From the IMG/VR virus record IMGVR_UViG_3300020165_000023, positions 1 to 59,488 of that record: a DNA stretch of 59,488 bases; one strand, given 5' to 3'. Source of the stretch: a virus (lineage: Duplodnaviria; Caudoviricetes). Both the position numbers and the translations under genes were made by a program. Under the pieces are notes generated by a model, which worked only from the letters and a program-made list of their open reading frames with translations, did not search any database and was not told the DNA's origin. Below, in pieces: positions 1 through 8,859 of the stretch; position 1 is the first letter of the stretch; each line of letters starts with the position of its first letter.

Positions 1-135
1 GAAGAACTTCGTGCGCTGCTACACGCAGACGAACAGCCTACGTGGGCAACCTGTCGTTACTTTGAACTTACACCAGACGGTGTTCCACGTTTCCCTGTTG
101 TAATTGACCACGGAATCGGCGAGCGTGCGGACTAA
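1..135 (+). CDS. ATP-dependent DNA ligase, C-terminal fragment (5' partial)
   Basis: Frame 1 reads ...WATCRYFELTPDGVPRFPVVID...*; TxDGxPRFP matches ligase motif VI at the end of the OB domain. Confidence 0.75.
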   Translation, partial: EELRALLHADEQPTWATCRYFELTPDGVPRFPVVIDHGIGERAD

Positions 136-155
136 AATAGGATAAATATTTCGCT

Positions 156-275
156 ATGGAAATACAGACAAAAACCATCGGTATTGTAACAGGAGGGTTT
201 GATCCCATTCACTCCGGGCATATCGACTATATTAAAGTAGCAACGCCTGTAGCGGCTTGCTTCTTTACGTTCTAA
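156..275 (+). pseudogene. Truncated cytidylyltransferase-like (HIGH-motif nucleotidyltransferase) fragment, 39 aa
   Basis: MEIQTKTIGIVTGGFDPIHSGHIDYIK matches the N-terminal GxFDxxHxGH motif of RfaE/TagD-type CTP transferases. Unrelated sequence and a stop follow after 39 codons. Confidence 0.7.
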
Positions 276-302
276 ACTAAACGGCTTTTGAAAGGATATA
301 TA

Positions 303-626
303 ATGGAAGCCCTACTCTTTTTTATCGCTGGTGCAATGACTGGCGCAGCTGCTAATAATCATTCACATTACGAAGAAACGTCACGTAGCAGCCGTGATGT
401 TGTCGAAGTTCCTGTCTATAATAACTGTGATGTTTGGTTCCAACATGACGTTGAACGTCTAAGCAACATGATCATCACCCGCAATTACCGTAACGAAGCT
501 GAGCATCTGTCTGGTCTCAATTTCTTCCGTAATAAATATGGTAATACTTCTTTCAACGTTTGTTACGATGCATTGGTTACAGCTCAGACTTTTGTTCCTG
601 TACCTGCTCCACGCTACGAGAAATAA
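303..626 (+). CDS. Hypothetical protein with hydrophobic N-terminus
   Basis: ATG at 303 after AAGGA; stop overlaps the next ATG (TAATG). Confidence 0.65.
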   Translation: MEALLFFIAGAMTGAAANNHSHYEETSRSSRDVVEVPVYNNCDVWFQHDVERLSNMIITRNYRNEAEHLSGLNFFRNKYGNTSFNVCYDALVTAQTFVPVPAPRYEK

Positions 627-862
627 TGGCTGATATTATCGAAAAGAAAATCATCAACAAGAAAATGTTTTCATCTCTTGTTGAAGAATATGTGTGGTCT
701 CACGACACGCCTTATATTGAGGCTGTCGTTGAGGTCTGCGCATCACGCGAGCTTGACCCTAGTCAAGTCGCCTCCTTGTTGAGCAATTCAATCAAGGATA
801 AAGTCGAGGCTGAAGCGATGGCCTTGAATTATTTGCCTAAGGTCAATGCGCTACCGCTCTAG
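626..862 (+). CDS. gp33: Late transcription coactivator gp33
   Basis: 78 aa with FSxxVE...YIEAVVEVC...SIKDKVEAEAMALNYLPK...LPL, typical of gp33; lies upstream of gp32. Confidence 0.85.
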   Translation: MADIIEKKIINKKMFSSLVEEYVWSHDTPYIEAVVEVCASRELDPSQVASLLSNSIKDKVEAEAMALNYLPKVNALPL

Positions 863-870
863 CCTTTTAG

Positions 871-900
871 GTTTACAATCGCTACATACTATGTTATACT
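871..900 (+). promoter_or_regulatory. Sigma70-type early promoter for gp32
   Basis: GTTTACA, 17 nt spacer, TGnTATACT (TTTACA 872-877, TATACT 895-900); resembles the T4 early promoter consensus. Confidence 0.7.
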
Positions 901-942
901 AAACACACTGTAAATACTTCAGTTCAATACAAGGAAAATACA

Positions 943-1869
943 ATGGACTTCTCCTCTCTTAAAAGCGCTTCTTCCAAAGACTTTACCTCACTCGTTAACG
1001 CAGCACAAGATGCTGGTGGTGCAGCTACACAAAAGAAATCTTACGTTGACGAGCGTCAGTGGAAGCCAACTGTAGACAAGTCTGGTAACGGCTATGCAGT
1101 TATTCGCTTCCTTCCACAACCTGCTGGTGAGAAACTGCCATGGGCACGATACTGGGACCACGGTTTCCAGGGTCCAGGCGGTCAATGGTACATCGAAAAG
1201 TCTTTGACTTCTATCGGTCAGCCTGATCCGGTTGGTGAAGCAAACACCGCGCTTTGGAATACTGGTCGTGACGAAGATAAGGCACTTGCACGTGCTCGTA
1301 AGCGTCGCCTCCACTATGTAACCAACATCATGGTTATCGATGATCCTGATCACCCAGAGAACAACGGTAAGGTATTCCTTTACCAGTTCGGTAAAAAGAT
1401 CTATGAGAAGGTTATGAGCGCAATGCAGCCTGAGTTCAAGGACGAAACTCCTATGAACCCATTTGACTTTTGGACAGGCGCTAACTTTAAAATCAAGATC
1501 CGTAACGTCGAAGGTTACCGCAACTACGATCGTTCCGAGTTTGATTCGCCGTCAGTCTTGGCACCCGATGAAGCTCTTGAAGCTTTGTACAACACTCGGC
1601 TGTACTCACTGACGGAATGGGAAGACCCAACTAGCTACAAGACTTACGAAGAACTGCAGACTCGTTTCCAACAGGTGACTGGTGCTGGCATGTCTGAAGA
1701 GAAGCGTGAAGCTCTCTCCATGACTGCTGATGAAGCTCCTATCCCATCTGTGTCTGAGCCTGTCTTCCAGACTTCTTCTGTGCCTGAAGCTACTGTCGAC
1801 ACTACGCCAGCATCTGAAGATGATGGTGACGCACTTAGCTACTTTGAGAAACTGGCTCGCGATAGCTAA
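943..1869 (+). CDS. gp32: Single-stranded DNA-binding protein gp32
   Basis: DERQWKPTVDKSGNGYAVIRFLP, GPGGQWYIEKSLTSIG, NGKVFLYQFGKKI, PFDFWTGANFKIKIR and an acidic tail ending LSYFEKLA. Confidence 0.95.
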   Translation: MDFSSLKSASSKDFTSLVNAAQDAGGAATQKKSYVDERQWKPTVDKSGNGYAVIRFLPQPAGEKLPWARYWDHGFQGPGGQWYIEKSLTSIGQPDPVGEANTALWNTGRDEDKALARARKRRLHYVTNIMVIDDPDHPENNGKVFLYQFGKKIYEKVMSAMQPEFKDETPMNPFDFWTGANFKIKIRNVEGYRNYDRSEFDSPSVLAPDEALEALYNTRLYSLTEWEDPTSYKTYEELQTRFQQVTGAGMSEEKREALSMTADEAPIPSVSEPVFQTSSVPEATVDTTPASEDDGDALSYFEKLARDS

Positions 1870-3990
1870 TTAGCGAACGTACTGATCAGCCAACATGGTA
1901 GCGTGCGGAGACATTGAAACTTCGTTCATTACTGTGGTGGACTGATTAAGCGTACTGTTGTTCTGTGTAGACGTATCAACCACAACGGTTGTAGACGCCG
2001 CAAGGTCATTGAGTTGGCTTTGCGGCGTTGCTATTTGTTCAGCTCGCATTGATACCGTACGTACATTGATATCACTCAGCTGACTTGCACCAGAAGAGAT
2101 TGCATTCAACTGATCCATTGCCACAACCAGTTCATCTAGTCGCAGAGACGGATCAAGCAAAGAAGGAATGTCTTTACCAAACAGTTTAGACTCACCTGTT
2201 GACAAGCTTTCGATCAGTGGAACCGCTTTCTGAATGTTCTTGATCAAACCTTTAAAGTCTGCATCACGTACATCAAATTTAATATCAGAGAACTTATTGA
2301 GTGCATCTGTGATAGACTCGAGGCCTGTAGATACCTTCTGTAGGTCGTCTACGTTGTCCGTGAGACTTGTGATAGCTTTGATTGGTGATTTATTACCGCT
2401 AAAGAAGTTAAAGATTTTTGCACTTATATCACCAAGAGCCGCAAAGTTTTTAGCAATTGTGAAAGCAGCAATACCACCAGAAATAGCAGTCATTACACCT
2501 AGGAATTTGGTAGCTTTACCTTCATCTGCCAACTCAGTGACTGTAAGAAGTTTAGATACGTTATCAACAATACGATCTGCAAAGCTTGTTTCACGGAACA
2601 TATCAATGGCTTGTGTGATTTGGTTGCCACCTTCACCAATAGCAAATGCTACCAAGCCGCCAGATAAGATACCCATATTCGTAGCAAATTGACCTACATC
2701 ACTTAATGGAATCTCGCTGATGCTCAACAACGTCATTACATTGTCTTTGATCCGATCTGCAAAGCTCGTTTCGCGGAAGATATCAACAGCCTGTGCTGCT
2801 TGACTAACACCTTCACCAAAAGCGAATGCAGTAAGACCAGCACCCAAACCACTCAATGCCAGTGCAACAGAACCGCCTTTAGCCAGCATTGAAAGATTGC
2901 CACCAGCTTCATTAGGAATACTAAGCAGCGTCAATACATTGTCTTTGATGTTTTGCGCCCAATTAGCAGAAGTGAAGTTGCCAATAGCATCACCTGCACC
3001 TGCTGCAATAGAACCAAGCCCAAACAAACCAATGCCTACACCCAGACCACCAAGAGCCAAAGCGACGGCACCACCTTCAAATAGCATGCTGAGGTTACCA
3101 CCAACAGCTTCTGGAATAGAAAGCAACGTAGCAACATTATCACGGATTGATTGAGCAAAGTTTGCATTGGTAAAGTTGGTAAGTGCATCGCTCAAACCGG
3201 CAATAGCAGAGCCGCCGCCGAAGATAGCAAGACCGAGGCCGATACCGCCAAGAGCTGTAGCTACAACAGCAACATCGCCAATACCGTCAACATCATTCTT
3301 GATAGCAAGAATCTGACCGACGTTTTCACGTACCGCTGCACCATCCAGTTCATTGACTGCAAAGAGCAAACCAGCGATACCTGCAGCACCAATGCCTACA
3401 CCTGCACCTGCTGCACCCAGACCGATACCAATACCACCTAAACCGAAACCAAGGCCTGCACCCAAACCTAGACCACCAGCAAGACGTGAAAGAAGACCTC
3501 CGCCTCCACCGCCAGATGTTGTGCCTGCATCTGTCACAGATACTTGTGCACTACCACGTTGCAAACGAGCTTTACGACGACGTTCAGCTTCATCCAGGGA
3601 ATCACCAGCAAGTGCATTAAAGAGTTTATCAAAACCGTTTGCACTGATATCACGCAACTCATAAAGAGTTTCGTTCATGCGATCGAATCCATCAAGCGTT
3701 ACATTATAGGCAGGTGATTCAAACATATCACCATTAGATAATGTTTCTTTTACCTGATCATTACCTTCTTCAAAGATAGTAGATACGTTATCGTTAACCG
3801 TCATGGCAGACGTCGAGATAAGACGAGAGATGCTTGCATCAAACGAAGCGGCGAGTGCAGTTGTAGTTACACCCATCACAGAACCGAAAGCTTCAGCCTG
3901 TTCCAATGCATTCTTCTTCAATGCCCGGTTAGTATTCCGGTTATTGAGTTTGAGACGATGGATTACGTCGTCTAATGTAGCATCTGCCAT
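1870..3990 (-). CDS. Tape measure / baseplate hub protein (gp29-like)
   Basis: 706 aa, Ala/Gly-rich and helical, with hydrophobic segments and about four internal repeats (FA/WAxxIxDNVxxLLS/T); directly downstream of the gp26/gp51-like genes. Confidence 0.65.
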   Translation of the reverse strand: MADATLDDVIHRLKLNNRNTNRALKKNALEQAEAFGSVMGVTTTALAASFDASISRLISTSAMTVNDNVSTIFEEGNDQVKETLSNGDMFESPAYNVTLDGFDRMNETLYELRDISANGFDKLFNALAGDSLDEAERRRKARLQRGSAQVSVTDAGTTSGGGGGGLLSRLAGGLGLGAGLGFGLGGIGIGLGAAGAGVGIGAAGIAGLLFAVNELDGAAVRENVGQILAIKNDVDGIGDVAVVATALGGIGLGLAIFGGGSAIAGLSDALTNFTNANFAQSIRDNVATLLSIPEAVGGNLSMLFEGGAVALALGGLGVGIGLFGLGSIAAGAGDAIGNFTSANWAQNIKDNVLTLLSIPNEAGGNLSMLAKGGSVALALSGLGAGLTAFAFGEGVSQAAQAVDIFRETSFADRIKDNVMTLLSISEIPLSDVGQFATNMGILSGGLVAFAIGEGGNQITQAIDMFRETSFADRIVDNVSKLLTVTELADEGKATKFLGVMTAISGGIAAFTIAKNFAALGDISAKIFNFFSGNKSPIKAITSLTDNVDDLQKVSTGLESITDALNKFSDIKFDVRDADFKGLIKNIQKAVPLIESLSTGESKLFGKDIPSLLDPSLRLDELVVAMDQLNAISSGASQLSDINVRTVSMRAEQIATPQSQLNDLAASTTVVVDTSTQNNSTLNQSTTVMNEVSMSPHATMLADQYVR

Positions 3991-3993
3991 TTC

Positions 3994-4176
3994 TTATCTC
4001 TTTTGCTTTTGTTTCTCTAATTCTTCTTCAAGATATTCATTAAGCAGCATGATGTAAATTTCTCTCTCCCACGGCACCATATTCTCTAGTTCACCTAATG
4101 AATATTTATGGTGTTGCATCAACTGGAAATTTGTCTTAAAGTAGTTGATGATCGAGTTATGAGAAAGAGCTATTGA
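3994..4176 (-). CDS. gp51-like baseplate/tail assembly ORF; probably reached by -1 frameshift from the upstream gene (first in-frame ATG at 4119)
   Basis: Not in the ORF track. Reads SIALSHNSIINYFKTNFQLMQHHKYSLGELENMVPWEREIYIMLLNEYLEEE...; the MQHHKYS...ENMxPWEREIY motif is typical of T4-like gp51-annotated proteins. Confidence 0.8.
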   Translation of the reverse strand, partial: SIALSHNSIINYFKTNFQLMQHHKYSLGELENMVPWEREIYIMLLNEYLEEELEKQKQKR

Positions 4177-4910
4177 AAAAAATCATTGGTCCCCTTAAGT
4201 ACCAACTTATTGTCGTGTCCGCACGTATTACATTTCCACTCAATCGTATGTGACAATTCAGGAATCTGTGATACAAAGTCTTTGAGCAGGTTGAACTGAG
4301 CAGATGTAAACTGCTCGAGGAATGCTTTCATGTCGTCCATGCTATATTCAGATGCATCGATCTTGTCATCGTCACCGACCATGATATATTCGATACAAGA
4401 TACGATAGCCGAGAACATTGCATTAACTGCACGCTCTGATTGTGACTCAGAATCTTGTACTGTTGCATGAGCAACCAGGTTCTCATAAGACGGGTAACGC
4501 ATCTTTAAAGATACATCATCAGTAATCTTAATTACGTTCTTTGCTTTCTTAGTGATAGCAGGCGCTTCAATCTTATCAAAGGCGAGTGTGTGCTCTTGCT
4601 TACCGTCACAGCCATCTGCTTGACAGGAAAGCTGTACATCGATCGACTCACCAACAGACTTCGATCGAATCTGGAGGAACATGTATTCGATATCAAACGT
4701 TGCCAACTTATGCACTGTACCGCTATAACCAACCAAACAAGATTCAATCGTATTAGCAATGGTGTTAAGCATCATCTTTGGATCACCAGATTCCAAAGCT
4801 AGCATCATTACCTTCTCTTCCTTAACCAGGTAAGGTCGGTATGTGACTTCTTCGCCAGTAGAAGGGATTGTCAAAGTGTAGTTAACTGTATCATTAATTT
4901 TAGGTAACAT
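4170..4910 (-). CDS. gp26: Baseplate hub assembly chaperone (gp26-like)
   Basis: LPKI...YTLTIPSTG...YRPYLVKEEK, FDIEYMFLQIRSKSVGE, Cys pairs (CxxxxC, CNTCG), and a GxxDFF C-terminus. Confidence 0.85.
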   Translation of the reverse strand: MLPKINDTVNYTLTIPSTGEEVTYRPYLVKEEKVMMLALESGDPKMMLNTIANTIESCLVGYSGTVHKLATFDIEYMFLQIRSKSVGESIDVQLSCQADGCDGKQEHTLAFDKIEAPAITKKAKNVIKITDDVSLKMRYPSYENLVAHATVQDSESQSERAVNAMFSAIVSCIEYIMVGDDDKIDASEYSMDDMKAFLEQFTSAQFNLLKDFVSQIPELSHTIEWKCNTCGHDNKLVLKGTNDFFQ

Positions 4911-4926
4911 GATTTACTCCATTATG

Positions 4927-5670
4927 TTACTGAGCGGTTTCCCACCGAGTGTAAGCAATGTCAACAGTCATTTCAACAACTGTATCCTGGCTAGCATCTG
5001 CCAACTGGATCGACTGAATAGATTTAGGAAAAGCATCGATAAGCTTTACCTTATATATGCCTTTATTATCATTCTTATTTAGCTGCGAGATTGTAATGTC
5101 TCGTGCATACTGATTCTTATATGAAACTTCGTGAATGTCTGTACCAATGATGTTGTTCTGCCAGACATAGAAGTAAGTGAAAGCTGTGTAAGCGTTGTCG
5201 AGACGGAACGTCATGGTTACATCATCCTCAACAAAACCATATGGCATTGCTTGTGTTACCATACCGATTGTGCGGTCAATGGTTGTAATCTGACGACCAG
5301 GCATGTTAACACCTGTACAGAACAAAGATGTGCGACGTGCAGGGTTAATGTCAAGCTTAGGACCGAATGGAAGACCAAAGCGATTAGCCAGGTCGATTAC
5401 ACCCTGTGCTTGCTGAGTGATACCAACACGCTCGAGAACGGGATCAACAAAAGAACCGACCAAAGGAATGTCACGTACTTCTTGCAGAATGTTATCCAGA
5501 CCACCAAGAATATCAAAGTTAACCGGCTCAGAACCAGTCAGAATGTTAAACAGGTTACCAGATGCACCGGAAGAAATCATGGACTGCAACGGAGGTAGCT
5601 GTACTTCGAACCGGTCAGCCAATGCAAAACCAGAAGTGATGTTAGCTTTGAGTTCGTCGATCGAAGCCAT
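4927..5670 (-). CDS. Baseplate tail-tube initiator (gp54-like, gp19 fold)
   Basis: FCTGVNMPGRQITT...PYG...DDVTMTF and YKVKLIDAFPKSIQSIQL...VDIAYTRWE indicate the tube-protein family; synteny with gp2/gp26. Confidence 0.65.
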   Translation of the reverse strand: MASIDELKANITSGFALADRFEVQLPPLQSMISSGASGNLFNILTGSEPVNFDILGGLDNILQEVRDIPLVGSFVDPVLERVGITQQAQGVIDLANRFGLPFGPKLDINPARRTSLFCTGVNMPGRQITTIDRTIGMVTQAMPYGFVEDDVTMTFRLDNAYTAFTYFYVWQNNIIGTDIHEVSYKNQYARDITISQLNKNDNKGIYKVKLIDAFPKSIQSIQLADASQDTVVEMTVDIAYTRWETAQ

Positions 5671-6254
5671 TATACTGCCTTTCGTGAGTCAGCCCATACC
5701 GCTTTGGTACTGGACTTCTTAAAGTCTGCAATTGGTAGGAATGCAACTGTTTCCCAATCAGCAGGATTGATTGTACCGAACTGTGAACGCATGTGCTTGT
5801 CAAGATAGTGCTTAACACATGGCTCGAAGTATTTTGTCTTAGAAGATCGCTTAAGCATTTCGTACGTAGCTTTGAACCGAGTAGATTCATTATACTTTTT
5901 GTTGTTGGTCATATCCATCAGACCGTCAAGAAGCTTGGCACGTAGAACTGGTGGTAAGTAATGCAGGTTCAAACCGAGGAAACCATCTTTAGCTGGTCCA
6001 AGTACGATTACAAGCGGGAACCTATCATAGTAAGGCAGTGTGGCTTTGTGCTTAGGGTCGTAGAAGAACACACCCATCTTGCCAACCATTGGCTCACCCT
6101 TCTTGACTACATCCTTATCTCGAAGCAATGCACGACGGTTCATGCCACCAACACTTAAGTCGGAAACCTTATTACGGAACCAGTCAACAGAGCGGTTGAT
6201 CTTACCTTTATCACCACCACTCAGCTTACGCAGCTTATCGAAAATACCAGCCAT
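5670..6254 (-). CDS. gp2: DNA end protector protein gp2
   Basis: FFYDPKHKATLPYYDRFPLV...FLGLNLHYLPP...PCVKHYL...W...FLP. Confidence 0.9.
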   Translation of the reverse strand: MAGIFDKLRKLSGGDKGKINRSVDWFRNKVSDLSVGGMNRRALLRDKDVVKKGEPMVGKMGVFFYDPKHKATLPYYDRFPLVIVLGPAKDGFLGLNLHYLPPVLRAKLLDGLMDMTNNKKYNESTRFKATYEMLKRSSKTKYFEPCVKHYLDKHMRSQFGTINPADWETVAFLPIADFKKSSTKAVWADSRKAV

Positions 6255-6280
6255 TTAAACTCTCTTACTTGTTGTATATG

Positions 6281-6288
6281 TATTTATA
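6281..6288 (-). promoter_or_regulatory. T4-type late promoter upstream of gp2
   Basis: TATAAATA on the minus strand. Confidence 0.7.
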
Positions 6289-6778
6289 CACGACAGCCAA
6301 GACGTCTAAGATGATGCTCAGTCCAGATTTGGAACTGCCAGCCCTTCTTCTCACATACGTTCTTAGCTGCTTTCCACTTACTAGTATTCTTTATGTAAGC
6401 TAAGCCTTCAGTCAATAAGCGCTTCTTGTTCTTAGTCGTAGGTGCTTGTGTCTGTACTGCGGGTTTGATCTCAACAAGAATAACTTCATCTTCTTGTGTG
6501 ACAATAGTTAGATCAATAAAGTAACGGTGTGCACGGTTGTCAGTACCACACATATATGGAATAACAGTAATCTCTGAACCCCATGCTTTTACCCATGAAG
6601 CTTCTTCCATATACTTAAATGCTTGTTTCTCCCAACTAGAACGATAAACAACCGCTTTAGGATCGCCAATGTACTTGTCTGGATTTTTTACAGTATACTT
6701 GCCCTTATAGGTTTGGAAGCCTTTTTTGCCTCCTAACTTGGGAATACGCTTGAATGTCTTTTTTGGTCGACTGGCCAT
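6284..6778 (-). CDS. gp4: Head completion nuclease gp4 (TnsA-like)
   Basis: YKGKYTVKNPDKYIGDP..VVYRSSWE, WGSE..VIPY, HRYFID, LVEIKP, KWKAA, FQIWTE. Confidence 0.9.
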   Translation of the reverse strand: MASRPKKTFKRIPKLGGKKGFQTYKGKYTVKNPDKYIGDPKAVVYRSSWEKQAFKYMEEASWVKAWGSEITVIPYMCGTDNRAHRYFIDLTIVTQEDEVILVEIKPAVQTQAPTTKNKKRLLTEGLAYIKNTSKWKAAKNVCEKKGWQFQIWTEHHLRRLGCRV

Positions 6779-6788
6779 GTGAACTCGC

Positions 6789-6819
6789 TATAAATAAATA
6801 TAAACCAATTGTATTTATA
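6789..6819. promoter_or_regulatory. Overlapping divergent late promoters for gp48 (+) and gp4 (-)
   Basis: TATAAATA at 6789-6796 (+) and TATTTATA at 6812-6819 (-). Confidence 0.8.
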
Positions 6820-6829
6820 GGAACCTCAC

Positions 6830-7810
6830 ATGGCTTCAACACGATCAAGCGGTCCAGACGCATGGATTCATAGAGAAGGCGACAGCACGGAAAAGGCATC
6901 GACGCATCGTTTCCCTTTGCCTGATTATACTCAGTCCGACGAAAGGTTTCCTGGCTCTGTTGAATTCTTGGCTATTAAGCAATCTATTAGTAAAAAAGAT
7001 TCGGCTAACGCACAACGGCAGTTGCTTAACGTTAATAATGCCGACAACCTTGCACAGGAACAGCTGATTGGTGTAGCAAATGAGGCGGCTTCATTTGCAC
7101 AAGGTGGTTCTATTCAACGTATGTCTACAATTGCAGGTCGTGCGCTACTTTATATGCCACCGGGCTTTGAAATTCAAGATGGTGTTCAATATGAAAATGT
7201 TGATTTTGGTGTAATTAATTCTGGTATTAAACGAATTGCTGAGGGTGGACTTGCTGGTGGTCTTGGCGGAATGATATCAGAAGCTACAAGCATGGGTAAG
7301 TCTGGTGCAGAAGCGGTAGTAAATGCGGGTTCTGGTGGAAACATTAATAATTTAATGAGACAAGTGGCTGCAGCTGCGGCTAACGTATTACCAGGTGCAG
7401 GTGATGCCATTAGGTCTGCTTCACAAATGCGATCTAATCCTAATTCGCAATCTATGTTTGAAGGCGTGGCAATGCGATCGTTTGGTTTCACATTTAATAT
7501 GATGCCAAATTCTGAAAAAGAAGCTGAACAGATTCGTCGCATTGTTAAGTTCTTTCGCTTTCATATGTACCCTGAACGAGTTAATACGTATTTCTATAAA
7601 TTTCCTACTATCTTTAATATTACCATGCGTTACAAAAACAAGATTCTTGAACCAAAGATTTTGCCGTCATTTTTGACTAGTGCGACTGTCAACTATAATG
7701 GTGAAACTGGTACATTCTTTAAAGATGGTAATCCGACACAAACTACTCTCACACTCAGTTTCCAGGAAGAGCGTACGCTGCACCGTGGTGATATTGACAG
7801 GGGTTACTAA
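6830..7810 (+). CDS. gp48: Baseplate tail-tube cap gp48
   Basis: LYMPP, NPNSQSMFEGVAMRSFGFTFNMMP.SEKEA..I..IVKFFR..MYP, and LTLSFQE. Confidence 0.85.
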   Translation: MASTRSSGPDAWIHREGDSTEKASTHRFPLPDYTQSDERFPGSVEFLAIKQSISKKDSANAQRQLLNVNNADNLAQEQLIGVANEAASFAQGGSIQRMSTIAGRALLYMPPGFEIQDGVQYENVDFGVINSGIKRIAEGGLAGGLGGMISEATSMGKSGAEAVVNAGSGGNINNLMRQVAAAAANVLPGAGDAIRSASQMRSNPNSQSMFEGVAMRSFGFTFNMMPNSEKEAEQIRRIVKFFRFHMYPERVNTYFYKFPTIFNITMRYKNKILEPKILPSFLTSATVNYNGETGTFFKDGNPTQTTLTLSFQEERTLHRGDIDRGY

Positions 7811-8859
7811 TGTCTTACTTTAAAAACTTTCCGGCTATCGATTACTATTTCGGTAATAAGACACAGCCGACACGTTTCCAGAATATGATGGTATATGCTG
7901 ATTTGATCGATCAGATTAAAGACGATGTATCTGTTTACACTGAATACAATATTCAAGATGGTGATCGTCCTGATCAAATCTCACAGAAGCTTTATGGTAC
8001 AACTGATTACCATTGGACTCTGTTCCTGATGAATGATGATGTGCGCTGTCATGGCTTTCCTTTGTCATACAATGATCTAGTCGAGAAAGCAAAGAACGAT
8101 TATCCTAATACGGTATTTTATACACGTAATGACTTGAGCACTAAGTTCAAGGTTGGTACCGAGGTAACTGGTTTGACGTCAGGTGCAAAGGGTACGATTC
8201 TACGTCGTCGCTTGGACTTTGGTCAAATCATTGTATCGACAACCGACACGTTTGTGGCTGGTGAGATTATTAGTGCAACTGAAGCTGAAGTGCTTATCAC
8301 TGCAACCATTGATGGTGTGGTGCTTGAGTACAATGCAGTACACCATTACACAAATGATTCTGATCTGTATGTTGACGTTGATCCGACTGCACCATATATC
8401 CAGGAGTCTGAAGGCAAGTTTGTTCTCTTTGATTCTGATTATAAACTAGATACAATTTATGGTTCGTCTGCACTCGCAACAGCTAATGCTGGTGATAGCG
8501 ATGTGGTTCGTACGGTGGATGTTTATCGTCTGATCGATCGTAACTTAGATGTTATCGAAACTGCTCCATTGGGTGTAGTGTACTTTAACGATTCAAACAA
8601 CTACGAAACATATTTCAATAGCGCAGCGTCGACTACATACTCTGACTCGGCTGCAGCCAATACAAACCTTGAAAACTTGTTCGATGCTTATATTGTTTCT
8701 AACTATGAAGCGATTGAACCTGCACTGCTTACACCAGTTACATACCTTGATCGTATGACAACTGCAAACGAAGAAAAGCAGTCAATTAAGGTAATCAAGC
8801 CAGATGTTATTGAAGACGTGATTAACTCGTTTAACTCGATTTTGTTGGATGCTGATTAA
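7810..8859 (+). CDS. gp53: Baseplate wedge protein gp53 (LysM-like) with insertion
   Basis: MSYFKNFPAIDY, YNIQDGDRPDQISQKLYGTTDYHWTLFLMN, and a C-terminal NEEKQSIKVIKP. Confidence 0.85.
   Translation: MSYFKNFPAIDYYFGNKTQPTRFQNMMVYADLIDQIKDDVSVYTEYNIQDGDRPDQISQKLYGTTDYHWTLFLMNDDVRCHGFPLSYNDLVEKAKNDYPNTVFYTRNDLSTKFKVGTEVTGLTSGAKGTILRRRLDFGQIIVSTTDTFVAGEIISATEAEVLITATIDGVVLEYNAVHHYTNDSDLYVDVDPTAPYIQESEGKFVLFDSDYKLDTIYGSSALATANAGDSDVVRTVDVYRLIDRNLDVIETAPLGVVYFNDSNNYETYFNSAASTTYSDSAAANTNLENLFDAYIVSNYEAIEPALLTPVTYLDRMTTANEEKQSIKVIKPDVIEDVINSFNSILLDAD

Noticed and set aside
560-625. Upstream extension of gp33 (also the track starts at 47679 for gp20, 43656 for gp17 and 55315)
   Set aside because: Downstream ATGs with an RBS or stop-start coupling fit the known N-termini better.
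901-942. T4-like gp32 autoregulatory pseudoknot
   Set aside because: The leader is only about 40 nt and A-rich, with no convincing pairing; this cannot be supported by eye.
1865-1874. GCTAATTAGC palindrome between the convergent gp32 and tape measure genes
   Set aside because: Explained by two abutting stop codons; too short to be a terminator.
3353-3664. Pro-rich plus-strand ORF
   Set aside because: Antisense image of the GGT-rich glycine codons of the tape measure gene.
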